Shown here: positions 54,052 through 63,841 of the stretch, piece after piece
Layout: each line of letters starts with the position of its first letter
Numbering within the stretch: position 1 is the first letter of the stretch
Virus record (IMG/VR): IMGVR_UViG_3300029258_002750
Span: 186,001 to 250,000 of that record
DNA: 64,000 bases
Direction: 5' to 3' (one strand)
Program-made: the position numbers and the translations under genes
The notes under the pieces: generated by a model
Told to the model about the DNA's origin: nothing
The model's input: only the letters and a program-made list of their open reading frames with translations
Database searches by the model: none

Positions 54052-55755
54052 ATGCCTACCTGGGGACGAACTACTGCCAATCCGACGGAAACGTCGGTCG
54101 ACTGGTGTCGAGCGATGGGCGGGACTTCGCCCAACGTCGACTACATGAAGTTGACCTCGGTCTCGGTCTACGTCGGGTCGCCGCACACCAACCAGGTCCG
54201 GGTCGCCGTGTACCAGGGCGGCGCGCTTGACGATCCGTCCGGCGCAACGCTGGTCTACGACTTCGGCCTCACGTCCGGTTCCGCTACCGATCAGTTCTTG
54301 ACGCTGTCTGTCGTTGGCGACATCGACCTCGCTGCGAACGAGGTCACCTGGATCGCGGTTAAGGGCAACGACAGCGGATTCGATGTCGTCTACCAGAACA
54401 GTTCCGCCGGGGCCGGTGACTTCCAGACGGCGCGAGGTAGGTTCGAGTCTAGCGGCATTTCCTCAAACGAGAACACCGCTTACCCGAGCACGTTCCCGGC
54501 TGGCGGCTCGTTCAGCGACTTCTGGTACAGCTTCTACCTGACCTACATGGTGGAGCCGCCCGATGAGCCTGACGAGCCCTCCAACATCCTGAAGACAGAG
54601 GCACTGACCGAGCAGAGCACGAGCAGTGGCACCTTCGTGGACGTACCTAATTCGTCGCTGACGGTGACACCTACGCGCGACGAGGATGTGTGGCTCGTTT
54701 TCGTGAGCGGGGTGATGCGCTCGTCCAGTACAGCCGAGACCTCGGCCGAGATGCGGCTGCTCATCGACGGGTCCGAGGTCGACTACTGGGGGCATCAGGT
54801 AGATCCGACCACCACGCCGAACGGCGCGGGGTTCTTGATCTTCGACCGTATTACCGGGGTCACGGGCGACCAGGTGATCCAGCCGCAGTTCCGGGCCGCC
54901 GCAGGCACCACGTACGTCAGCCAGCTGCGCGTGGTGGCGGCCCGGCTACCACATGGCGCCGATCTCCAGTTCGCTCGGTCGAACTCAACCGTTCAGACCA
55001 CGGGGGTGAATCAGCAGATCCAGGCTCTCACCTTCACGCCGTCGAGCGCTGGCAACTACTTCGTGTTTGGCAAGGCGTCCATCCAGGAAGCTCCGGGCGG
55101 GAGCACAGCACAGATCTGGGTGCTCGGGGCCGATAGCACTCAGCACCCGAACTCGCCGTCCGGCGTCCACTACTCGAACGCGAGAGACTGCTGGAGCCCC
55201 TTCTCCACAGCGTATCGTGAGAGCTTGGGTAGCGGCTCGCAGACCATCAGTCTGCGGTTCACGTCGAGCGCCTCGGGCACGGAGGGTAGTCAGCACAGGT
55301 ACCGGAAGCTGATGACCTTCCGCGAAGACGTGTGGGACCTGGTGCAGTACGACCTTGAGGCTGCGCAGACGACGACCACGTCCACGTCCTACGTGCAGAA
55401 GAACGCGATCACCACAACTGCGCCGTCAGAGGAGCGGGAGTACCTGGTGATTCAGTCCATGCGCATCTCGGGCGACACGACTGGATCGGGCCGCAAGTCC
55501 GGGGTGATCGCAGAAGACTCCTCCGCCGTGCTGCTCACGAATCATCGGATCAGCCGCAATGGCAGCGCCGACCAGGGCTACCACCACATCGCCGGGGTCG
55601 CGGACGTCAGGACGCGGTCGGTCTCGGCCATCTGCCGTAACGGCGGGATCTCCCCCGACGGCATCACGCTCCAGGCAGCAGAGAGCGTCATCATCGTACT
55701 CAGGTATCCCGCCCTCCAGCGGTGGAACAGTCCGTTCTTTGGAACGGTGGCGTAG
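54052..55755 (+). CDS. Beta-rich fibre/decoration protein
   Basis: 567 aa S/T-rich. Repeated E..T.S.T...V..LT.T modules. Confidence 0.65.
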   Translation: MPTWGRTTANPTETSVDWCRAMGGTSPNVDYMKLTSVSVYVGSPHTNQVRVAVYQGGALDDPSGATLVYDFGLTSGSATDQFLTLSVVGDIDLAANEVTWIAVKGNDSGFDVVYQNSSAGAGDFQTARGRFESSGISSNENTAYPSTFPAGGSFSDFWYSFYLTYMVEPPDEPDEPSNILKTEALTEQSTSSGTFVDVPNSSLTVTPTRDEDVWLVFVSGVMRSSSTAETSAEMRLLIDGSEVDYWGHQVDPTTTPNGAGFLIFDRITGVTGDQVIQPQFRAAAGTTYVSQLRVVAARLPHGADLQFARSNSTVQTTGVNQQIQALTFTPSSAGNYFVFGKASIQEAPGGSTAQIWVLGADSTQHPNSPSGVHYSNARDCWSPFSTAYRESLGSGSQTISLRFTSSASGTEGSQHRYRKLMTFREDVWDLVQYDLEAAQTTTTSTSYVQKNAITTTAPSEEREYLVIQSMRISGDTTGSGRKSGVIAEDSSAVLLTNHRISRNGSADQGYHHIAGVADVRTRSVSAICRNGGISPDGITLQAAESVIIVLRYPALQRWNSPFFGTVA

Positions 55756-55766
55756 CAGGAGTTTCA

Positions 55767-56840
55767 ATGCCCTCAACCGAATACCCGTTCGTCATTGCCA
55801 CGGACTTCCCAAACGGGAAGGTGAACATCCCACGTCTCTTGGAGGACATCCGCCAGTCGCCCATCAAGACAGCGGTGGACTACATCACAGCGTCGGGCGC
55901 CGCGTGCTCCGTCTGGTTCAAGGCCGAGTTGGACAGCACTGACGAAGGCATCCTGTACGGGGGCGTCTCGCCAGCCAGCGACGAGAGCATCATCGGCTCG
56001 CACTCTGGCGCCGTTCTGCTCGAAGCGGGCGTGACGAAGATCGTCAACGACGACCAAAGCACCGTCTGGAACCAGCCGCAGACGACGAACAAGACGCCGA
56101 TCTTCAACCCGGACGTCATTCCGCCGAGCTACCTGCTCTACCTGACCGGGGCCTTCGACGATCTCGGTGGCGGGCTGATCGGTGCCGGTGACCAGATCGA
56201 GATCGAGGCTACCTACGATGGCGGCCCCAAGACGGAGACGCTGGACGGCCAGTACCTCACGCACCAGTACATCGTCGGTGGCGAGATCGGCGTGATTGGG
56301 ACGATCGGCAAGGGGGACTGGGCATCGATGATGGCCTACGCTCCCGCGAGTGCGCCCGAGGACCGGACCGGCACGCACGACGGCAACGCGAACAAGGTGG
56401 CCACCGGCATGGGCTTCAACATCATCGTGCCAGCGCCCGGGAACGACGGCGACTGGAACGTGGATGGGTCAGCGCTGACCGCCGGTGAGATCAACACGGG
56501 CCTGGTTCCGGTGCCGAGCGCAAGCACACCGCAGACCGGCTACTGGAACTGGGACCCGGACGAGGATCCGTCGATCACGCCGGTCGCCAATCCGGGGGCT
56601 CCAGACGGCGCCTATGATCTCTACGACGTGGCAATGCCGCTCGTCCGCCAGGCGAACCGACTCGGTCTGGCGGCGGTGACCGGGAAGAACTGCTGCCCGC
56701 CGAACGTTCGCGGCAAGAAGTTCCTCCCGCACTGGAAGTGCCGGTTCTTCCTGCACCGCGAGACATCGGGCAGCATCGTCGCCCAGTTCAGCATGAAGTT
56801 CGGCCGCAGAAGCACCACGAACCCGAACGACCTGTTGTGA
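55767..56840 (+). CDS. Hypothetical structural protein
   Basis: ATG 55767 after AGGAG. G/P/D-rich. Confidence 0.65.
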   Translation: MPSTEYPFVIATDFPNGKVNIPRLLEDIRQSPIKTAVDYITASGAACSVWFKAELDSTDEGILYGGVSPASDESIIGSHSGAVLLEAGVTKIVNDDQSTVWNQPQTTNKTPIFNPDVIPPSYLLYLTGAFDDLGGGLIGAGDQIEIEATYDGGPKTETLDGQYLTHQYIVGGEIGVIGTIGKGDWASMMAYAPASAPEDRTGTHDGNANKVATGMGFNIIVPAPGNDGDWNVDGSALTAGEINTGLVPVPSASTPQTGYWNWDPDEDPSITPVANPGAPDGAYDLYDVAMPLVRQANRLGLAAVTGKNCCPPNVRGKKFLPHWKCRFFLHRETSGSIVAQFSMKFGRRSTTNPNDLL

Positions 56841-57445
56841 TCGTCGTAGTCCTCTCGACCCCCAGGTCGTTCCACCTGTCCTCGTGGTTGATCAAGATCG
56901 GGACGGGCTACCCGGCCAGCCACGCGTCCCTGCACATCATGGGACGCGGCCTGTTCGAGGGCGAGCGGATGGTCTTCGAGGCAACTGCGCACGGGATCGG
57001 CCTGGTCCACCCGTCGCGGTGGGACAAGCTGAACCGGCCGGTCGCGGCCTACGAGATGGTCGAGCAGCACGAGGTCATCGGAAGGGCCGCGTTCCGGGAG
57101 ATGTGGAAGAACCTGGGCGCGGATTACGACTGGAAGGGCGCGTTCAGCTTCGCGTTGCGGATCATCGTCGCCAAGCTCTATGGCGTGACGGTCCCAGTGG
57201 AGGATACCCCAGAGAAGATGTTCTGTTCTGAGCTGGTGGCAAGGTGGCTGAACGAGGTGCAACTCCGGCTCGACCAACCCCAAGACGCGCTCCGCCCTGA
57301 CGACGTATCGCCAGCGGGATTGTCAGCCGTGCTGGAGCGTTCCGAGCTTTTTCGGAGCGTGCCATGCGAACCCTCGTTGTCAGCGATCTTCACCTCGGAG
57401 CCCCCGGACGCCTCCCCCAAGCGGACGGAGAACTCTGCAACTTGA
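56837..57445 (+). CDS. Permuted papain-like amidase (YaeF/YiiX, NlpC/P60 superfamily)
   Basis: His before Cys order: SWLIKIGTGYPASHAS...YDWKG...KMFCSELVA. GTGA coupled. Confidence 0.8.
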   Translation: MIVVVLSTPRSFHLSSWLIKIGTGYPASHASLHIMGRGLFEGERMVFEATAHGIGLVHPSRWDKLNRPVAAYEMVEQHEVIGRAAFREMWKNLGADYDWKGAFSFALRIIVAKLYGVTVPVEDTPEKMFCSELVARWLNEVQLRLDQPQDALRPDDVSPAGLSAVLERSELFRSVPCEPSLSAIFTSEPPDASPKRTENSAT

Positions 57446-58056
57446 TCCACCGGGGCGACTGGGGGCAGATCGTCCTCCTGGGCGACGTCTTCGATCTGTG
57501 GGCCGCGCCCTTCCATAAGATCGCGAGGATGCACGCAGCGGTGCTGGCGGTGCTCGAGGCAGCCGAGTGCACCGTCACCTACGTTCCCGGCAATCACGAC
57601 GACGCGTTTCGCGGCCTCAGCTACCTCAACTCGTTCCAGACCGTCTGGCCCTACTATCGCTTCAGCTCGGGCGGGAAGTGGGTTGTCGCAGCGCACGGAG
57701 ATACCTACGACGAGTTTGAGGGTGTTCCGTCCAGGTTCGGTGCGTGGGCTTCTCGACTGGCCGACCGCGTTGCCCGCTGGTTCGCTGGCCCGGGTGTCTC
57801 GATCACCAGGAGCTTCCGGTACTCGTATGCCGAGCGAGGACCGGGGCGGTCGAGCTACGTTGCCCCGATCCACAGCAAGGCGGCGGCCGACCTCGACGGG
57901 GACATCGTCCTCATCGGCCATACCCACGTCCCTACGACCCGCGAGGAGCACGGCGAGAAGATCCTGGTGAACACAGGCGATTTCGGCCCGGAGCACATGA
58001 CCTACGTGGTCGTTGAGGACGGCCGGGCGGAGCTGCGCTCAATCGACCCGTCCTGA
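57364..58056 (+). CDS. Calcineurin-like metallophosphoesterase (YbbF/LpxH-like family)
   Basis: VVSDLHLG, LLGDVFDLW, VPGNHD, HGD, IGHTH. Confidence 0.9.
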   Translation: MRTLVVSDLHLGAPGRLPQADGELCNLIHRGDWGQIVLLGDVFDLWAAPFHKIARMHAAVLAVLEAAECTVTYVPGNHDDAFRGLSYLNSFQTVWPYYRFSSGGKWVVAAHGDTYDEFEGVPSRFGAWASRLADRVARWFAGPGVSITRSFRYSYAERGPGRSSYVAPIHSKAAADLDGDIVLIGHTHVPTTREEHGEKILVNTGDFGPEHMTYVVVEDGRAELRSIDPS

Positions 58057-58087
58057 TAGACAGAAGGGCACGCCGGGACGCGCTTTG

Positions 58088-58112
58088 TATAATGCCCGTT
58101 CGTAGCGGACGG
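58088..58112 (+). promoter_or_regulatory. Perfect -10 (TATAAT) followed by a 5' hairpin CCGTTCG-TAG-CGGACGG
   Basis: Intergenic, AGGAG RBS downstream. No consensus -35. Confidence 0.5.
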
Positions 58113-58128
58113 ACAGGAGTCGAGCAAG

Positions 58129-60543
58129 ATGCCGCCCTTCCCCACTGAGCAAGTACTCGACATCCAGAGCGACAAGACCCTCACCGACGCCAGGCTCCAA
58201 TCCACTGTCGAGCTGCAAGATGCGTCAGCGATCCGCAAGCTCATCATGGACTGGGACGAGCCCGCCACGGTCGATCGCGTGGTCAAGTTCACCGATCCCG
58301 GCCGAGACGCGGAAGTCGCCTACAAGCATGAGGTTGCGGCGGGCCAGGCTGGCTGGAAGGAGGTGCTGCTCACCGCGACCCAACTCGACAGCGTCAACGA
58401 CGGGATCCAGCCCGCGATCGTCTTTGCGCTCTCCGGTCTCCCAGCTGACGGCCAGACGCTCATCATCGAGAACGACACCGATGGCGCCGAGACCTTCACG
58501 TGGCGGGCCGCAGCGGCAGCTCCGTTCGAGGTGCAGATCGGCGGCGATGTTCCGACCTCGCACGCGAACTTGGCGTCCCAGATCGGCACGGACTCTACCT
58601 ACTGGGGAGCCGCCGTTCACACGAACCTGACCTCGATTGCGCCCAACGTGGTCGTGATCCGCAAGCTCATCCCCGATGACGGCGACAACGACCGCCTCTA
58701 CGGCTCGACCACGAACGGCCAGGTCGTGGACTACGGGACGATCCCCGACGACCTGGACTACGGAAACAAGTCGCTGACCGCGCTCCCGGCCGCCGACCCG
58801 GGGACCAGGAACTTCGGGATCAGCCGAGCCCTGGCCTCCCTCGATCCCGGCGAGCAGCACCTCGTCCTTGCCGAGGATCTCCAGTACGCCTGGGACGCGG
58901 ACGCGACCCAGTGGAACCAGATCGGGATCGTGGTGCCGGTCGCAACGTCAGGCTCGGGCGGCGGCACCATCGGCAAGCTCACGATGGACGAGGACAAGGC
59001 GCTCAAGATCACCGCTGGCGTCGCCGAGGTGCTGGTCGACGGCGTCACGATGACGATCGACGGGTTCGGCAAACTCGCCTCGCTTGGTACTGGTAGCGGT
59101 GCGCTGACAGCCGACGCGACCTACGCGCCCGTCTTCGTCAGGAACGCGTCGGGGATCACGCCCGCGACCCCCGGGACGACCGGAACCGACACGGACACTC
59201 TGGACCACCCGGCCGGGTCGGACACCGGCCAGCGCTTCGAGTACGTGGTCCCGGACGACTACGCGGGCGGCGATCTCACGGTCCTGGTCGTCTATCGGAT
59301 GGACAGTGTCGGCACGGCCGGGAACCTGCGGATGCGAGGGCAGGCCGAGGTCCACGACATCGACGCTGGCGGCACGACGCTTCTCTCAGCCGTGGACTAC
59401 GACTTCGCGCCCCTGGTCACCACGAACATCGACCAGGAATCGATCTTCGCGATCCCGGCCGCCAACGTGACGCGCGGGGACACGCTCCAGATCTTCATGC
59501 AGCGGATCGGGACGTGGGGCGGCGAGACCGACACCCGGGCCTTGAAGCTCATTGCCTACCAGGTCCGCTACAAGAGCGAGATCACCAATCGCGCACGCAC
59601 GATTCACGTGGAGGCGCTCCGCTCGACCGACGAGCCTGCTCCAACGTCCGGCACGATTGGCACGGACACGGATACCGAGGAGTTCCCGACCGGCTCCGAC
59701 ACCGAGGTGAAGTTCTCCTTCCACATCCCGGACGAGTGGGACGAGATCACGCCACCGGCCCTGCGCGTCGTCTACGCGATGAGTACCGGCGCTGGCGGAA
59801 CCGTCCGTATGGCCACCGAGGGCGAGATCATGTCCATCGGTGGTGCGGTTGTTCCCATCGGGATCGTGAACGCCGATCTCCTGGTTCCGGCGAACACGAA
59901 CATTCATCGGTCCACGATCATCAGGGAGCTGACGCCCACGGCCCTCCAGCGCGGGGACTTCGTCACCCTCAAGCTGGCTCGCCGAGTGGCGGTCGGGGGC
60001 AACTCGCCCGCGAACTTCCGTATGGTTGCGGTGACGATCACCTTCACGAACATTGCTCAGGGCGGGTTTACGACCGTCCAGACGGAGGAGAAGTTCCTCG
60101 AGCTGGGCGTCTTCAGCCAACCAGCTGACATCGACATCTTCGGTGACACGGCCTATCCCTCGTTCGGCGGCGACTTCCACGCGATGGACCACATCTACGC
60201 TACATCGAACGGCAAGCAGCTCGACGTCGCCTACCAGGGCCGGATCGCGGCCTATCAGGCCAACGGTCTGAAGTCGGTGCGGATCTTCATCAAGGGAGTC
60301 GGCCCCAGCCCACGCTACAAGCTGAAGATCTATACGGCCACGGGCGGGGCCACACCGATCTACGACAACAGCGGCGGCGGATCGCCCGTGGCGGCGCCGC
60401 TCACGCTTACTCCGATCGTCTTGACCAGCCCCGGCGACTTCTCGGCCACGACCGCGAACGAGATCTACCACGTCGTTGTCGAGGCTCACCTCGACAACAC
60501 CGAGGAACTCTACGTGAGCCGCCCGTGGGTGAGGCACGAGTAG
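58129..60543 (+). CDS. Large virion structural protein with two internal jelly-roll-like repeats
   Basis: GTDTDTLDHPAGSDTGQRFEYVVPDD and GTDTDTEEFPTGSDTEVKFSFHIPDE repeats. Confidence 0.7.
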   Translation: MPPFPTEQVLDIQSDKTLTDARLQSTVELQDASAIRKLIMDWDEPATVDRVVKFTDPGRDAEVAYKHEVAAGQAGWKEVLLTATQLDSVNDGIQPAIVFALSGLPADGQTLIIENDTDGAETFTWRAAAAAPFEVQIGGDVPTSHANLASQIGTDSTYWGAAVHTNLTSIAPNVVVIRKLIPDDGDNDRLYGSTTNGQVVDYGTIPDDLDYGNKSLTALPAADPGTRNFGISRALASLDPGEQHLVLAEDLQYAWDADATQWNQIGIVVPVATSGSGGGTIGKLTMDEDKALKITAGVAEVLVDGVTMTIDGFGKLASLGTGSGALTADATYAPVFVRNASGITPATPGTTGTDTDTLDHPAGSDTGQRFEYVVPDDYAGGDLTVLVVYRMDSVGTAGNLRMRGQAEVHDIDAGGTTLLSAVDYDFAPLVTTNIDQESIFAIPAANVTRGDTLQIFMQRIGTWGGETDTRALKLIAYQVRYKSEITNRARTIHVEALRSTDEPAPTSGTIGTDTDTEEFPTGSDTEVKFSFHIPDEWDEITPPALRVVYAMSTGAGGTVRMATEGEIMSIGGAVVPIGIVNADLLVPANTNIHRSTIIRELTPTALQRGDFVTLKLARRVAVGGNSPANFRMVAVTITFTNIAQGGFTTVQTEEKFLELGVFSQPADIDIFGDTAYPSFGGDFHAMDHIYATSNGKQLDVAYQGRIAAYQANGLKSVRIFIKGVGPSPRYKLKIYTATGGATPIYDNSGGGSPVAAPLTLTPIVLTSPGDFSATTANEIYHVVVEAHLDNTEELYVSRPWVRHE

Positions 60544-60547
60544 GACT

Positions 60548-60976
60548 ATGGTCTTTTCCATCGACAAGGCTATCGAGTCGGGCTCTGCCGCAGCCGGTCT
60601 GCCCGAGGTCATTCGGAACTACACGGGCGGAGTGCAGATCCGCGATGTCGTCTACCAGAAGAGCGACGGCACCGTGGACCGGGCCGATGCCTCGTCGATC
60701 ACGACCGCCGAGACCGCCATTGGGCTAGTGATTGCCATCGACGACCCCGGCGCTGGCGAGTGCCGCGTCAGGCTCCACGGCGACATGGACGGTTTCACCG
60801 GCCTCACGGTCGGTGGGCTCTACGTCCTGGCGTCTTCGCCGGGCCAGATCGTTCGCGTTGACGACACCGGAAACCCCAACTACCCAGGGCCAGGTCACGC
60901 GCTGCGTGAGGTCGGGAATGCTGTTAGCACCACGAAGCTGTTCATCGAGCCCGGCAGGGATTTCGAGGTGCTGTAG
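60548..60976 (+). CDS. Small decoration/cement-like protein
   Basis: DVVY...ADA...IG...G...V..G...GLTVG..Y.L..PG module, also at the C-terminus of 61241-63334. Confidence 0.6.
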   Translation: MVFSIDKAIESGSAAAGLPEVIRNYTGGVQIRDVVYQKSDGTVDRADASSITTAETAIGLVIAIDDPGAGECRVRLHGDMDGFTGLTVGGLYVLASSPGQIVRVDDTGNPNYPGPGHALREVGNAVSTTKLFIEPGRDFEVL

Positions 60977-60984
60977 GAGGAAGC

Positions 60985-61233
60985 ATGGCAGACTACGACG
61001 TGGACGATCTCGTCGATGTGAGGGCCGACAAGACCCACTCATGGCGGGCTGGTACGGTCACGGCCGCCGAGGACACTCGCTACCAGGTGACGCTCGACAC
61101 GCCGGTTACCGCAGACACTTGGTCCGGGGCGACCCGGAAGTACGGAGGGTCGGACACGCTCTCCGTGGTCTACATTCTCAAGAACGCTGAGGTCGTCGCG
61201 GAAGGCGAACTCATCAGGACCCAGGGAGGCTAG
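60985..61233 (+). CDS. Hypothetical protein (SH3-like pattern)
   Basis: 82 aa, AGGAGG RBS. WRAGTVTAAEDTRYQVTLD. Confidence 0.6.
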   Translation: MADYDVDDLVDVRADKTHSWRAGTVTAAEDTRYQVTLDTPVTADTWSGATRKYGGSDTLSVVYILKNAEVVAEGELIRTQGG

Positions 61234-61240
61234 GTAGGAG

Positions 61241-63334
61241 ATGGCAACTGCAACTCTCGTCAAGCGCACCTCTCGGGCGCACATGCAAGTGCTCCCGGAC
61301 ACGGACGATGCCGTCATCGGCAGCATCGTCCGGTCCACCGCTGGAGCGATGAAGATCGGTGACGACACGAACTCGACGTCGATCCAGCTCGGCGGCGCTG
61401 CTGCCGACAACGTCACGCAGATCGACATCGGGCAGGACTCGGGGATGACCTCCCTGACTACCCTGAACCTCGCCACCGTAGCCACCATGACCGCGCTGAA
61501 CATCGGCACGGGCATGGGGTCCGGTGACACGATCGCGATCGGTGCTACCGGGACCGCTGTGAACATCCCGGCTACGGTGACGATCACCGACCTGACGGTC
61601 AACGGAACGACCACAACGGTCTCGACCACGAACCTGTCCGTTGCGGACGACCTGATCATCCTCCGGGGCGACTCGTCGGCCCAGGCGGCGGCCGACTCCG
61701 GCATCGTGGTCGAGCGCGGTACGACCAGCGCGGACGACGCGATCTGGCTCTGGAGCGAGACGAACGATCGCTTCGAGCTGGGCTTGTTCGCCTCGAACAA
61801 CGGAGCCAACAGCGCGCCTTCGGACGTGACTACGGCGGGCTACAAGGATCTCAAGATCCTCAACCTGCTGCTGGATGGCACTGGCGTCACGTTCGATGGC
61901 GCAGGTACGGTCGCGGCCACAGGTGCGGTCCTCAGCCTCGACGGCACCGGGATCGAGACCAGCGCGGCCACGATCACGGCGGACGCAGGGCTCGACATCG
62001 TCACGACCACGACCGGCAACCTGGTCCTCGACAGCGGGACCACTGGCTCGGTTAGCTTGGGCGTGGACGCCGCCAACGCCAAGACCGTGACGGTTGGCGC
62101 GTCAGCTGGCGCTTCGACAACCGCCATCGAGTGCGGCACGGGCGGCCTGAACCTCGGAACCACGGCCAACGCTCACACGGTCACCCTGGGCAGCACGACG
62201 GGCGCGAGCGCGACCACGATCCAGTGCGGCACCGGAGCCATGACCTTTACGGCGGGCGGCGCCTTCGACGTCAACACCGCCGGTGCGGTCACCATCGACA
62301 GCTCTGGTGGGACGATCAGCATCGGTGCCGACGACGTCGATCAGGCGATCAACATCGGCGGCCAGGGCGAGCGCACTACAACGATCGGCAACAACGTCGG
62401 GGCCAACGGGATCGCGCTCGAGACTGGAACCGGTGGACTGGGCGTGGACGCCGATGGCGACTCCACCTGGACCATGTTCGACTGGACCATCACGCTCAAC
62501 GAGACCCAGACGGCCGGGTCCACCACGGCGGGTAACCCGTACGCGCTGACGGCTGGCGCTGGCGCAGCGGCCGATGCGGCTGCGGCTGGTGGTGTCGGTG
62601 GCGCGATCGGTCTGACGGCCGGTGTCGGTGGTGCGGGCGACGACAACCCGCAGGATGGCGGCGCGGGTGGCGCGCTCACGATCACGTCTGGTGTTGGCGG
62701 GGTCTCAGGCAACAACGCCGGTTCGACCTCGGGCGCTGGTGGCGACGTTCTGATCGTTGCTGCGGACGCAGGAGCGATCGTCGGTGCCGGAGCCAAGGGG
62801 AACCCTGGCCGTGTGGCCTTCACCTCCGGGACGACCCAGTACTACCTGACGGCTGCTGGGACCGGGCCTGCGCTCGCTACTACGGCACAGACGATCATCG
62901 AGGCGATCAACGAGGTTGCGGGCGGCACGTCCTCGGCCGCGACCATGATCACCACGACCTTCGCCACGACCGGGCTCACGGTCGGGGCTCCGTGCTACGT
63001 GTCGGCGCTCGACACGGCTTCGGAGTGCGACGCCGACGCGGTCGCCACGTCGGATGTGATCGGCTTCGTCAAGACGGTCGGCGCGGCCGGAACCGGCGAG
63101 GTCGTCCTGGGCGGCGTGACCAACATGGCCTTCGAGGTCGGGCTCAACGTCCTCCCCGGCGAGGTGATCTACCTCTCGACCGTCACCGGCCGCGTGACCA
63201 ACGTCGCCCCGTCTGGGACGGGTGATACGGTCTACGAGGTCGGATTCGCGAACGACTCCGAGGCGGGCGGCGCCACGACCGATGGTGAGGCGCTCGAGTG
63301 CGTCATTCACTTCGGTTCCCGGGTCGTCGTCTAG
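61241..63334 (+). CDS. Gly/Thr/Ala-rich beta-helical fibre protein
   Basis: LTVNGTTTTVSTTNLSVADDLIIL...DSGIVVERG...IWLWSETNDRF module, then G/A/T repeats. Confidence 0.75.
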   Translation: MATATLVKRTSRAHMQVLPDTDDAVIGSIVRSTAGAMKIGDDTNSTSIQLGGAAADNVTQIDIGQDSGMTSLTTLNLATVATMTALNIGTGMGSGDTIAIGATGTAVNIPATVTITDLTVNGTTTTVSTTNLSVADDLIILRGDSSAQAAADSGIVVERGTTSADDAIWLWSETNDRFELGLFASNNGANSAPSDVTTAGYKDLKILNLLLDGTGVTFDGAGTVAATGAVLSLDGTGIETSAATITADAGLDIVTTTTGNLVLDSGTTGSVSLGVDAANAKTVTVGASAGASTTAIECGTGGLNLGTTANAHTVTLGSTTGASATTIQCGTGAMTFTAGGAFDVNTAGAVTIDSSGGTISIGADDVDQAINIGGQGERTTTIGNNVGANGIALETGTGGLGVDADGDSTWTMFDWTITLNETQTAGSTTAGNPYALTAGAGAAADAAAAGGVGGAIGLTAGVGGAGDDNPQDGGAGGALTITSGVGGVSGNNAGSTSGAGGDVLIVAADAGAIVGAGAKGNPGRVAFTSGTTQYYLTAAGTGPALATTAQTIIEAINEVAGGTSSAATMITTTFATTGLTVGAPCYVSALDTASECDADAVATSDVIGFVKTVGAAGTGEVVLGGVTNMAFEVGLNVLPGEVIYLSTVTGRVTNVAPSGTGDTVYEVGFANDSEAGGATTDGEALECVIHFGSRVVV

Positions 63335-63351
63335 GAGACTAGGCTTCTTCT

Positions 63352-63389
63352 GGGGGCCGAGTAGGGCAGAGGCGATCCTACCGGCCCCC
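63352..63389 (+). other. Intergenic stem-loop
   Basis: GGGGGCCG/CGGCCCCC outer stem plus GTAGG/CCTAC inner stem. Confidence 0.5.
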
Positions 63390-63418
63390 TGGGTTCTTCA
63401 ACTTCAGTGGAGAGAGAC

Positions 63419-63829
63419 ATGCCAAGCCGAGGAAAGCAGGGCAGGTTGCAGTCGATTCCCAACAACGCTCCCAAGGGTCCCAAGGTCCCCAAGATTGGGG
63501 GCAACAACGACGGATCCGACAAGAAGGAAGCGGACGATCGGATCCCGGCCACCGAGCTGGACTATCTGGGAGTGCAGCTTCACCAGGCCAGGGAAGACGC
63601 CAATCGGCTGCGCACCCAGTTGCTCGCGAGGGAGAAGGAGATCGTCGAGCTGCGGACCCAGCTGGGCGTCGCAAATCAGCGGATCCTCACGATGGAGATC
63701 GAGGACAGCGCGAAGGAGAACCAGTCGCTTGTCAAGGAGCGCAAGTTCGAGCTGGGGCGGTCCATCACGAAGGACGACAAGACCGGCGAGTTCTTCTGGG
63801 AGAAGGCGCGGGCACCGGCCCAGGGGTAG
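63419..63829 (+). CDS. Coiled-coil hypothetical protein
   Basis: ATG 63419. LHQAREDANRLRTQLLAREKEIVELRTQL heptads. Confidence 0.65.
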   Translation: MPSRGKQGRLQSIPNNAPKGPKVPKIGGNNDGSDKKEADDRIPATELDYLGVQLHQAREDANRLRTQLLAREKEIVELRTQLGVANQRILTMEIEDSAKENQSLVKERKFELGRSITKDDKTGEFFWEKARAPAQG

Positions 63830-63841
63830 GGAGGCTAGCAG

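Noticed and set aside
57364-58056. Calling the phosphoesterase lpxH
   Set aside because: It has GNHD rather than the LpxH GNRD motif, so only family-level assignment is supported.
15190-58093. CC(G/A)CC as a conserved upstream element of the -10 boxes at 15209, 18102, 48425 and 58088
   Set aside because: Spacing is inconsistent (1, 6, 8 nt or absent), and the motif is expected by chance at this GC.
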